Assembly: GCA_030248215.1 (NCBI GenBank)
Contig: JASANG010001881.1
Coordinates: forward strand, 124,001 to 188,000
Source: Enoplolaimus lenunculus
Taxonomy: Eukaryota
Reading direction: 5' to 3'
DNA length: 64,000 nucleotides
Made by a program: the position numbers and the translations under genes. A model generated the notes under the pieces. That model searched no databases. It saw nothing but the letters and a program-made list of their open reading frames with translations, and was not told the origin of the DNA. This document shows, one piece after another, positions 24,790 to 37,500 of this stretch (position 1 is its first letter; every line of letters starts with the position of its first letter).

Positions 24790-26095
24790 GTCTAAAATCT
24801 CAATGCAAAAATCCCACGGAAGGGCGAGAGCTTTTTCCCATGAATCCCTCTTTGCTGCGGACCTGATAACTCTTTCAATACCTAAATAGATCTTGATGTA
24901 TGGGTAAATTAAATTTATCCATGGCGGATCCATGGATCAAGCATTGCAGATTAAAGGCACGGAAATAATAAGATCAAAATTTTCAGCAAAAACATAAAAA
25001 AGTCGCTTCAACCATTTTTGAAATCCTACTGGATTGGTGCCAAAAACATTTTGCGTTCGCTATGGTCAGGTACCCAAAGCTTTGATAAATGCAACTACTC
25101 CATCCAGAAAGAAAATTCTCGCATTATCCAGCCGGCCGTCAAGATATAGGAAACAAAACAGTAATTGCCTAACAACACAAAAACTAATATGGTTTGACTC
25201 AAACGACACCCAAAAGTGAAACTAAGCTATTCAAAATCGTCCATTCTGTTATTCTAAAATTGAATTTCTAACTGATTTTATTAATTTAGTAAAATACAAT
25301 GGGTCTGAAGCAAGAGCAATAGTTTGAATAAGCGATATTTGATAATTGAAACCATTTAAACCAGAAACTAAATTATCTGCTACCAGCCAATTCAACTTAG
25401 CCAGATGGTAGGAAATCATTGTCTGACAGGCATGGGCTAAACTGTTTGCGTAAGGCCAAAATTTTTCTAGGCTGGGTTTTATAAGGTTGGTTACCCTGGA
25501 TTGAAATCCTGGCCACCCACCTCTGGCGGGTACCCTTTATGGTTAGATCGAGATTGGCTACGGTGTCTACATCCCGCCAAGGCCTACAAAATCCACAGCT
25601 CGGCGGTTTATAACCCAAAGCGCCGTAATCCAGCGAAATTCATGGATCTAGTGGAATCCATACAGGCTTGGTCGAACTCATTCCCCACCATTCAGAATCC
25701 CCTCAGGGTGCGTACACACATTTAAGCTGGTGTTGCCATAACTGGTTTGTAATAGGTGTATTAGGCTAAAAATTTGAGTACTGGAAATGTTAACCTCTAT
25801 GGATCTAATATTGTCACGATCAGGCTGGGGTTAAACACTTTTCAGGAGCATACCAGCGTTTTCGATTACTTACGAACAAGGTTAAAAATTTTCTAGAGGT
25901 GGCAAAATTCTTCCAGGGACGTTGATCTTCCCTGCCCCCCTTCTCTGACTACTATCGTAGACAGGTCCCGAACCAACTCGCAATCCTTACACGTCTGCCA
26001 CAGTAATCTGTGTTCTGGGCGTATGAAATGAAAAATCAATCCCAGAACACCATCGGATTTCAATTTTATATTTAGGTCGCCATTGGAATACAACT
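24790..26095 (-). pseudogene. Decayed coding-like sequence with stops and frameshifts; possibly a retroelement or viral envelope relic
   Basis: More balanced base composition than flanks. Several 50-75 codon open stretches on the minus strand. Identity is only a guess from motif resemblance. Confidence 0.3.
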
Positions 26096-26365
26096 GTGAG
26101 AAATAACATATTTTAGTATTGATGTGAAAATAAATTTTGCTATTTTAATTGTTGGAGCAATGTTCAGAAGTTGAAAGTATAATTTTCTTTCAGTTGAGTT
26201 ATAGATTTCTAGGTGGTAGAACATCAACAACTACTGGAAAGCAAACTAATGCTTGCACTGTGCGAACCGGGTTACTAACACATAGCGGCGCTCAGCGACG
26301 TGCCACATAGTAAAGTATAGCGCAACCCTGTCTTCATTCAAAGGATGTCAAAACAAAAATTGTTA

Positions 26366-29300
26366 CACTGTAAATTCAAATGAGTTGATTAATCACAGCT
26401 AGCGAGTTGGTTATTTCTGAATTAATATCAGTAAACGTTAACTCACTCTGAGTTGACGTGATTCTCAATCTGAGTTGAGTTGACTCTGGGTGGATTGGTT
26501 AATCAACTCAAAATGAACTGAATCAACTCAAAATTCTGAGTTCTGATAGTCCTAACTCAGACTGAGTGATTCAACTCATTCTGAGTTAAAATCAACTCAC
26601 TAAAATTTACAGTGTACTTGAATTTTGAACCTGTCCTACGAAAATAGCAGTTAAGTAACAAAAAAGATCACAGTATTTCAGCGATGTCTATGTTTAGCAC
26701 ATCTGGTAAACCAGAAAAATTTGAGAAATAATAAACATTTTATATATTCTGTTCAGACAAAAAAACTTTATTCTCATTTACCCAGCAAAAAAATTATCGT
26801 AAGCATCCGATCAGTCTACAAGTGCTGACTAAATCTATTTTTCGCTGTAATGCTAAAACATGACTACAGTGTAAATTCTAGTGGGTTGATTAATCAATTC
26901 AGCTTGCGAGTTGGTTATTTCTGAATTAATATCAGTAAACATTAATTCACTCTGAGTTGAGCTGATTCTCACTCTGAGTTGAGTTGGCTTTGGGTGAGTT
27001 GGTTAATTAACTCAGAATGAATAGAATCAACTTAAAATTCTGAGTTCTGATAGTACTGTTTCAGACTGAGTGATTCAACTCATCTAGAGCTAAAATCAAT
27101 TCACTGACATTTACAGTGTACAAAGTATGTGTAGTTAGCAGTACTTGTTAGATACGAGCTATCTGAACGTCTTTACACTTGCATGAAAGACACTAAAAGC
27201 ATCATTCCTTGGCGGAATTTCAACCTTTATATGCTAAGTAACATAGCGCTTAGAGAAAAGAAATGGACACTTTTCTTATCAACACTGTAAATTCCACTGA
27301 GTTGATTTTAACTCAGAATTAGTTGGATCACTCAGTCTGAGTTAGGACTATCAGAAGTCACAACTCTGAGTTGATTCAACTAATTCTGATTTAATTAATC
27401 AACTCTCCTGGAGTCAACTCAACTCACAGTGAGAATCAAGTCAACTCAGTGTGAGTTAAAGTTTGCTGTTATTAACTCTGAAGTAACAAACTTTCCGCCT
27501 GAGTTGATTAATTAACTCATTGCAATTTACAGTGAATGGGCGTTGCGTAGTTAAGGGTTTAAAAAGGCGATAGGATTACAATTTAATAAAATTTCCAAGC
27601 CTGTTTCTTGCGTTTCAAACCATAATCGTCTCTAAAAACCTTGACCAAAATTCTTAAAATGAAGAAAGTCTCAAGCCCGAACTCCAAACACACTGTAAAT
27701 TACAGTGAGTTGATTTTAACTCAGAGAGAGAGTTGAAACACACTGAAACGTGTGAATTAGGTCTTTCAGAAATCAGAATTCTCAATTGATTAAACTCGTT
27801 ATGAGTGAATTAATCAACTCACCATTCATTCATCTCAGAGCAAGTTGATGTTTCTTGTTATATACTCAGAAACAACCAAAAACGACCCATGTATAGAACA
27901 GGGCCGGAACAGTAGTATAGACATATTCCACAGCCTAAGCCTAAACCTAAGCCTACGCCTAAGCGTAAGGATGAGCCTATTCTGAATTGACTCTATTACA
28001 GTCCCGTCGGAAAACGATCCGGCCCTTTTCTATACATGGGCCCCCAAAAACGACTAATTCGCTGTCTGAGTTGAATAATCCACTCATCGGAATTTACAGT
28101 GCACCTGGATACGCTCTTGATACCAACCTTGTAATTTTTTGCTTTCTAAAGGCTTGCAAAAACTTCTAAACCCCTTATACCCGCTGACAATGAAACGGCG
28201 TTGGTGACGTTGTGTATTTGCATTTTGCAATTTGTGTTGCAAACTGAAACGCAATAATGTTAGCTTAGAACACTTAATATAGAGTGGTTTTACAGTTTTT
28301 TTTACTAAATGATCTGATTATGCGTATATTGTTTTTGCTAATTGTGTACTCTGAAGCGAACGAGAAACCAACTGCATTTTTTAGAACTTATCAACAGATG
28401 AGGCAACGTTTGGCCTTGTGGGGCGCTGTTTGCTGGTTACTTTGGCAGCATGGACCCCACGTCCACTTATTTTTCAGTCTGTACACTGTAAATTCCAATG
28501 TGTTGATTAATCAATTCAGCTAGTGAGTTGGTTATTTCTGAATTAATACATTGTAAATTCTAGTGAGTTGATTTTAACTCAGAATGAGTTGAATCACTCA
28601 GTCTGAGTTAGGTCTATCAGAACTCACAATTCTGAGATGATTCAACTCATTCTGATTTAATTAATCCCCGGAGTCAATTGAACTCACAGTGAGAATCAAG
28701 TCAACTCAGAGTGAGTTAACGTTTCTGTTATTAACTCAGAAAAACTGACTTTACGTCTTAATTTATTAATTAACTCATTGAAATTTACAGTGTATCAATA
28801 AACATTAACTCATTCTCAGGTGAGTTAATTCTCATTCTGAGTTGAGTTGACGCTGGATGAGTTGATTAATTAACTCAGAATGAATTGAACCAAGTTAAAA
28901 TTCTGAGTTATGATACTCTTAACTCAGACTGAGTGATTCATCTCATTCTCAGGTAAAATCAACTCACTAAAACTTACAGTGTAGTTGTAATAAGTGCTAA
29001 AACTACTAAGTTTAGTTTTAGTGAACATTCATACATGCTTGGTGATGTGCAGATAAAATTTCGAACGAAATTAACTATTTCTACCAAATATTCTGTATAC
29101 AACGTAAAATTAATGTTATTGAGCAGAAAAATTGAATTGACTTTAGGTTTAGGCGTTCACCTGGACCTTAGTTTTAGTACACTGTTAATTCCAATGAGTT
29201 GATTTTAACTCAGAATGAGTTGAATCCACTAAAGAAAGGCTAAAGCTCTGAATTAGGTGTTTCAGAACTCAGAATTGTGAATTGAATGAACTCTGAGTTA

Positions 29301-30052
29301 ATTAATCAACTCTCCCGGAATTTAATCGCCTCAGAACGAGTTATTGTTTACTGTTATTAACTCAGAAATAACCAGAAATGACTAATTCGCTCTCTGAGGT
29401 GATTAATCTATTCAGCAGAATTTAAAGTACTGTCACTTCCAGTGAGTTAATTAATGAACTCAGAGAACGAGTTCGTCGTTTCTGGTTATTGTGAGTTTAA
29501 CAATAAGGATTAACTCACTGTGAGTTGATGTAATTCCGGGTGTGTTATATAAGTAACTCAAAATAAGTTCAATCAATTCAGAATTCTGAGTTCTGAAAAT
29601 TCAGCCACAGCAATTGTACTGATTTACAGTGTAATGAAGTAATCTGTTGGCCAGTGTTTCGATTGTTACTATCGACACCAAAAAATTGTCGTTTTTTGCC
29701 GGAAATTAGAATTCGTTTATAAGTTTAGAGTTTTAGTCTTCACACTTTAAACTTCGGTTTAAACCTGATAGCTTTTAGCACGTGGACTTGTCTTTAGTTA
29801 CGCTCTAAATTACAATGAGTTGATTAATCAATTCAGCAAGCGAATTGGTTATTTCTGAATTAATAACAGTAGGCATTAACTCACTCGGACTTGAGTTGAT
29901 TCCCACTCTGAGTTGAGTTGACTCTGACTGAGTTGATTTATTAACTCAGAATGAATTGAATCAACTAAAAATTCTGAGTTCTGAAAGTCCTAACTCAGAC
30001 TGTGTGATTCCACTCATTCTGCGTTAAAATCAACTAACTGAAATTTACAGTG
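26366..30052. mobile_element. Cluster of about 9 CACTG family A MITEs (26366-26614, 26867-27118, 27283-27534, 27691-28101, 28484-28981 with nested 28549-28792, 29180-29428, about 29429-29631, 29801-30052)
   Basis: Repeated CACTGTAAATT/AATTTACAGTG termini with matching 2-bp flanks (TA, AA, CA). Confidence 0.9.
27884..28042 (-). mobile_element. GGCC-ended TTAGGC MITE (subfamily b) nested in a CACTG MITE
   Basis: CCAAAAAC duplicated on both sides. Confidence 0.85.
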
Positions 30053-30605
30053 TATACGGTAAACAGAGAAATGTTCCGTCGATGCTGGTCATTAAACTTT
30101 CAGCAGCGTTGTAGAGACATGACTTCCACTTAACTTCGACCTCTGTTGAGAAGTCAGTTCAGTTTTGTAGCTTCGACTTAACTTGAAGTTTAGGTATTTT
30201 TCTGTGTCAAATTCAAGTTGAATTAGGCGGAACCCTGCAGAAACTTTCAGCTGCCAGTACTGGATTTGCTCTTAGCTGAAACAGTATTCTCAAATGTGTG
30301 TAGCACCTATCATCAGCAAGCAATTGATTTTTGAGCATATAAGCAAACTACTGTAGCTACTATTCTCAAAATTTGCAGAGTAAAATGCAAGAGCATTGTT
30401 GCAAACTATGACCAATTTTAAACTTTGGCGTTTATTCGATTATAGGTGACCTAATAACAACATATTATAGGTGCTACACACAGTTGAAAATACTGGCACT
30501 AAATTTACTCGAACAGAAACTGCGCATTCGTCGAAACTTTAGACCTTCAGTTTCAGTCTGTACTCTGACTTCATCAAAATCGACTTGAGTAAAATGTCAA
30601 CTTAA

Positions 30606-30901
30606 AGCCCAATTCACACATGCAAGATTTTGTAGCGAGAACTCGCAGCTGCAACTTGCACGAAATATTAGCAGCAGCCAGTATTTTCAAAGGAACATTT
30701 CGATTGACCAATCGAACTGCAGGTGCAACAAATTCAAGCGACTTGCATGTGGGTTCACATGTGCGAATTAAATAATGTAGCATAAATTCCAGTGAATAAT
30801 TTGCAGCTGCAAGAACTTCAAAGCTACTTTGTAACCAAACTTGCGCATGTAAGTGGCACGTGCAAGTTTTAGCTGTTAAAACTGGCACGTGTGCATAGGG
30901 T
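30606..30901. mobile_element. Harbinger-like MITE with AGCCC(T/A)ATTCACAC TIRs and TTGCAG/TGCAAG motifs
   Basis: Relatives at about 31335-31490 and 32583-32856. Confidence 0.65.
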
Positions 30902-31583
30902 TTTAGTCATGTCTCTGCAACCTAACATAACCTATGATCAATCAGTTTAGCCAATGATGATAAATGAATTCGACTTGCAGGACTATCCATACCTACGAAA
31001 TAGTTCTTCGCATATATTAATCATGAATAACTTGCAGCTGCAAGTTCTTCGAATGAATTTTCACAAAAAAATTTGCAGCTGCAAGTTTTAGTTGCAAGAA
31101 ATATTCATGCGCAAAAAAGGTTTACACTCGAAATTTCTTGACTTGAAAGATTTTTCATCGCAATGCAATCTTTATTTAATACTTAAAATTTTGAAACTAG
31201 TTCCATTACTTTTGCCGTCGGCTGCGAAATATCAAACAAGTTAGATGTTTGAATTAATTCAAAAGGCGCTCAGCAACATGTCTTCTGATTGGCCAATGAA
31301 AATGTGAATGCAATAAATTCGAGCGATTCGCAACGGCGTTCACACGTGCGAATTAAATTCAATCACATGAATTCTAATGAATAATTTGCAGTCGCAAGAA
31401 CTTAAAAATCTGCTTTGTGATCAAACTTGCACATGCAAGTTGCACGTGCAAGTTTTTGCTGCAAAAACTTGCATGTGTAAATAGGGCTTTAATCAAAATA
31501 TTCCTGGAAACTAATTTTAAATGCAATTTTCAATATAGATATTTGTTTTCTTTTGATGCGCCGCCCACCGAAAGCGAACGTAT

Positions 31584-34500
31584 ATGATTATAAGCGCGCT
31601 GTTAATGTTTGTTATTGTCTCGTTGGTCAAGTTAGTTTTAGTTTACCGCTGGTTTAATAATTTGTCAAAATTTGCAACATTTCCATTCATGTGTAAGTTT
31701 CAGGGTCTTTTCTCAGGAAATTTTAATTTTTAGCATCTAAATCATTGTTCAAAAATTTTCAATTTCTTCGTTATATATACACGGCAAAAAATGGTGAGTC
31801 AAACTGATTCTCTCCGATATAGGTTCTACGAGACTACACAAACTGACTCAAATACGACACCTCCTGAATCAAAAGTGTTTCTCGGTGAGTCGAATTTGAC
31901 TCAGTTTGTGTAGTACCGTAAAGCCTATTTCGGAGAAAGTCAATATGACTCACAATTTTTTGCAGTATACATATATTTATATAGCTTCTATGACTAATCA
32001 GTCTAAAATATACGCGTAATTAAACGTTTTTGGCATTTTAGGCGGAATTATTCACAAGATGACACGTCGAATTTTTTGCTGAAACAAGGAAGTTACAACG
32101 AAAAATATAAACAAATTCCACCAAGCCTTCTCAATGAACTGATTACCGAAGGAACATACGATGTCAAAGAAAGGCCGAATGTACCAGGTATTGAATTGAA
32201 ATCTTACGGATGGAACTACAAAAACGCGAGGTGGGCGCCACCCCAGCCCTACTTACATCTTTCCCCCTGAGCTAAAATTTTTTCGACAGCATTAACAGAA
32301 TTCTATATTACAAAAGTTCTTCTTGCCACATATGTGTATCACGGCGGCCAATGTAAAGATGAGGGGCGCAACGTTTTTCTGAGGACAAGTAATAGTATAA
32401 GCTTAAGCCATAGAACACCTTTTGCTTAGACTTAGCATTAGGCTATGGTTTAGGTATGAGTTCATTATACGCTAAGGCTTAGGCTTACGAATACGCTTGT
32501 ACCATTTGTACGGCCGTGTTCTATACATTGGCCCTCACTGTTCGCAATTCTTGGTTGTCGGTCTGCTTTAAAATAATGTTAAAGCCCTATTCACACGAAC
32601 AAGTTTTGCTGCGAGAACTTGCAGCTGCAAACTGCACGCAGAACTTGCATTTTTTCATCAGCCAATGAGGAAGCGGCTGCAATAAATACAGTGAACTTGC
32701 ATGGTTGTTCACACATGTCAACTAAATTCCTAGCTATGATTTTTAACGAATTATTTGCCGCTGCAAGTATCTCGAACGTGATTTTGTATAAAACGTGCGA
32801 GTGCAAATTGCAACTGTAAGTTCTCGCAGCAAAAACTTGCACGTGTAAATAGGGCTTGGTTCTCATTATTAAAAATACTGTAGATAACCGCTTAATCGTG
32901 TTTATTTTACAAGTTACACTTCAAACTCGTGTACTAGGAATGAAATATGGTTTGCCCTTTTAGGTCAAAATTTGTTATTTGTTCTGTTGATCGCTAATAA
33001 TTTGCCAATTCCATTTTAAGAGGCAATATTTTAGTCGTTTTATTGATTTAATACACACTGCAAAAAAGCGAGTCAAACTGAGTCTTTCCGAAATAGGCTC
33101 TACGAGACTACACAAACTGAGTCAAATACGACTCCGTACCTGAGCCAAATTCGACTTTACGATTTGCAAGTTTGACTCTGGCAGAGTCGAATTTGGCTCA
33201 GTTTTTGTAGTCCTGTAGAGCCTATTTCGGAGAGAGTCAATTTGACCAAGAGCCGATGATGTCCACCTTGCAGAAGAGTGTGCAACTGGTTGGGCTGTGC
33301 ATGGCACAAAATGTACCAGCACGCGTTGCATTTTTGCTCGACCCCCCTGATTTGGGGGGGTAGTCACCACTTAATCTACATAGTAAACACAGGAGTTAAA
33401 ATATAATCGGAGCGACTTTAGCTAAAATTCAAAATATTGGTTCAACGATTCCCCCCAAATAAGGGGGGTAGGCCAAAACGCAACGCGTGCCGGGTACATT
33501 GTTTAATACGCAGAATGTACCCAGTTGCACACTCTTGTTATAAAGAGTGATCATCCACTCTTGATTTGATTTACCATTTTTTGCAGTGCACCATTTTTCT
33601 TAATTTCAAATTTTTTTAATTTAATTATATTTTTATTTCAGATACAACGATTATAACATTAATTGTTTATATACGCGATATATCATCAGTTGATGAAAAA
33701 AGTTTCGTAAGTTGACTGTTTATATTTCGAGGTGTAAGCTTGTCATTTATAAGCCACGGCCAAACCACGGGCGTGTTTCAAAGGTTTACAGGTATATATA
33801 ACCTGGAAATTCCGTTGAAAAATTGTTTAAAATTGTGCTAACCTATCAAAGTTCTTATCACTGATCTGTACCTATCGAAGGCAATGAGAAGTTCAAATGT
33901 GCAAAAATTTTTAAAATCGGACCATTTTTGAACCAACACCGTCTGGAGTTGAATATCAGACATTACCTTATGATACTCATAATTTTATGTCATCTGTAAA
34001 TTTCAGTAATTTTTGATTGACTTCATATACCGATATGAGAGAAATATTAATATTGCGATAAGACGAAATTTCAAGTAAATGAAAAAATAAAAACGGTATT
34101 TTAAACGCTTTTCGCGATGCAAACCGTTGGGTTTAAAACGTTTTTAGTAAGTGGAAAAACTCTAAAATATATAGCTATGTAAGCACTTTTAAGCATTTGT
34201 TAAAAAACACCAGTGCAATAGATTAATAAATCTTGTCATATTTTATCCAATGAACATCATTTTGAAAACCACAACATGTCGTGGAAATGACTATTTCAAC
34301 TGAATCCCAAAAAAATTTTAGATTGAAACTTTGGCTGAAGGTTCAAAATTGGTTCGCTTTGAGAGATATTCAACTTTTGGGGTACGTCAAAATGACAAAT
34401 TTACTCTTTCCGTTTACCTTGGAACAGAGTTCTATATTGTAACCTAAATCGGGTTTAGTATAAGGTTTGAAAATTTTGGTACAAGCGTGTCAAAATTAAA

Positions 34501-37500
34501 TTGGCATTTTTTGATTAAATTAATAGTCATGAGTGTCGAGTCGGTAGTTGAGTGCTTAAGAAACCGACTGTATTGGAAAGCGTTCTTTGAAGTGCCGACC
34601 GTAAATACTGTGCCGTTGTTACATGCGGGGTTCATGTTATAACCGGGGCAGCTTGGACACGTTTGATCCATTATACAAAATTTTGGTTTTGATACCTGAA
34701 GGTGAGCCAAGGTTTGCCTAACTTCATCAAACATGCGCTACTGGTTGTGAGTTTGAAACTCTGAAATTTATTGTATATGAAATTGTAATTTCTTCTGTTG
34801 ACAACTTTTTTAATGCGAAATACATTGTTTTAGTGAGTTACTGCAGTTAATTAATATTCAAATATTTTTATAAAATTTGAACAAAGTATTTTGGTTCAAT
34901 AACTCTAAAAATTTGGTAAATATTAATTTGCGGTAGCTACTGCTACACAAACCTTACTGCTATAAAAAGAAAGTTGCCGCTACCCCATAATCCTAAACTC
35001 ATGACGAATACAAAGCAAGGGACCAATATTAAAAACGTAATGTGAAACATTTTGAAATATTTCTATTTATTATTGGCCTTTTTTCGAAAGCTCGGCCAAT
35101 GTAAAGATCAGGGGCGGAACGTTTTTTTTGTAAGAAAGCAATAAAGCAAAGCGTAAGCTTGAGATTATTTTTTTTGCATAGGTTTAGGCTTTGGTTTAGG
35201 TTTAAACTTTAAGGGTAGGAACATGCTTATACTACTGTTACTGCGGCTCATGTATAGAACCGGACAGGAACAGTAGTATAAGCATATTCCTAAAAGCCTA
35301 AGCCTAAGCCTAAGCAAAAAAAATTAGTCTAAAGCTTAAACTGACTCTATCTTAGCCCCTCCGGAAAACGATCCGGCCCTGTTTTATACATAGGCCGTTA
35401 TGGCTGTCCTCTATAGATTAGCCGTGACGTCAAATGGTTCATACAGGGTTGAACCTCGATTTATTGCGCACCCCCCAATTGTAATAATATTCGAAATATA
35501 TTTTCAGGAATTCACTGCCGATTTAGATATCGAAATGACATGGACTGATCAGCGTCTTGCGTTTGACCAAAAAACCGACACGACTCCTGATTCATATTTG
35601 GTGGTTCGCAAGAAAATGCTTAAAGTAAATGTTTATCTGAAATGTTTTTTTATTTTAAATTTTAAATATTTACCCTGATACAATGGCATATTTTGTTTTT
35701 GTTAACTTGAAAATGAGACAAGTGTATTTGATTAACTATTATTATTTGAAAAATATTTGAAAAATTAGAAATGATAAACGCTTGTTTATAAAGTTTATAA
35801 GTGAAAAAGTTTCTGATTCACTACACTCGTCGCCAAACTCTATGATTTTCCCGGCCTGACCCCTGCAAAAACTTCATTTACATTGAATACAATTGGTAAA
35901 ATAACGGTCACCTTATTGCAATGCAAAAAATGGTGACTCAAATTGACTCTCTCCGAAATAGACTCTACGGGACTACACAAACTGAGTCAAATTCGACCCC
36001 TCACGACTTAAATTCGATTCACTGAGTACACACGTTTGACTCTGGCGGGATCGAATTTGACTCAGTTTGTGCAGTCCCGTAGAACCTATTTTGGAGAGAG
36101 TCGAATTTGACTCACCATTTTTTGCAGTGTACCTGTGATGTGTCTCTTTTTCCCGCGAGACAACAATAAAGTAGGCTTTGAGTTTAGTCTAATTTTGCTT
36201 CAAAGCTTTTTAGGCTTAATTTTAGACTTAATATTTTTTCGTTTAGTCGTAGGCTGTCAAATTTAGGAATATGCTCATTAATCTGGTGCTTCGTAATTTG
36301 TATTTTAAGAAAATATGGATGCCAGATTTGTATTTTGAAAACACCAAAGGCGATCAAAAGAAAATCCAAGAAGATCTCAAAATTTATCCAAACGGAACGA
36401 TTGTGTACACACAGCGGACGATAATTGTACTCAGTTGCCAGCTAAAACTACAAAAATATCCGCTTGATTCGCAACAATGCTATATTCAAATTGGAAGTTG
36501 TACGTATTTACAGGATAGCGGCAGGGTTTTCAAAAATCTTACTTAAGTATTTACTGTTCGCCGTAAAAATTCCAAATGAATTGATTAATCAACTCAGTTA
36601 GAGAGTTAGTTATTTCTGAGTTAATAACAGTAAACATTATTTAGTTGATAGGGTAAATTTTAAGCGAACAGAATATAATTTTAAATAAATTTTGACATAT
36701 ACAGGTATATCAGGTATATGGCTTGTACCACGTTGCGTGTAAACGCCTGAGCATTTTCAGGCAAAAAGACTGGGAACTACGACGCAAGGTGGATTAGGTT
36801 TAGGCTTTTGTTTAGGCTTACACTTAGGTTTGTGTGATGTGTAGGGTTAGCCTCAGGTTTAGGCTTAAGTTTAGGCTTAGGCAAAGTGAGCATGCATCAG
36901 TGTTTTTACATCTGCAGCAAACTTTATGAATGAAATTTTTGAGTTGTGTTTTCAGATGCATACACCACAGAAGCGGTTGTATTTCGTTGGAGTCCGGTCG
37001 TTCGACCCCCGGTTTCGCGTAACGACAAAATTACACTGCCGACATTTTCGGTTGCGAAACCTGTTGCTAAAGATTCGTGCGTTTACGTGACTCGAATTGC
37101 AAGTAATTTTCATTCAAAAACACTCCGGGGGTAACCAGAACTTCATTTTGGTATATTCGATAGAGTACGAAGGTTAATGTTTTCATTGTCAATATTTTCT
37201 AATTGTGGTTTTACGCTATTATGTCATACTAGTCAACCGGCTTTACGTAATGCGCAAATGTTAACGAAAGCACAACAATCAGCAGGCAAAGTTTGTTTTC
37301 GCAGAACAGTCACGTTTATGTTATTAGGAAATATTGTAAACAAAGTAATACTGGAAAGTTTTTAAAAATACGTATGTGGGGTATTCCAGCTTTAATAAAC
37401 ATAGATATTAATACTCAGTTAAAGGAAACTGTTTGTAAGACAGCGTTGCAAGCAACAAAAATCTCGTCTCGCAAAAAAGTAACTGGTTAATTTTGAAGCA

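Noticed and set aside
28398..28460. Signal-peptide-like MRQRLALWGAVCW as an alternative first exon of the anion channel
   Set aside because: Only a weak GTTACT donor gives the right phase. The exon at 31584-31630 has a better donor and signal peptide. Cannot be excluded without RNA data.
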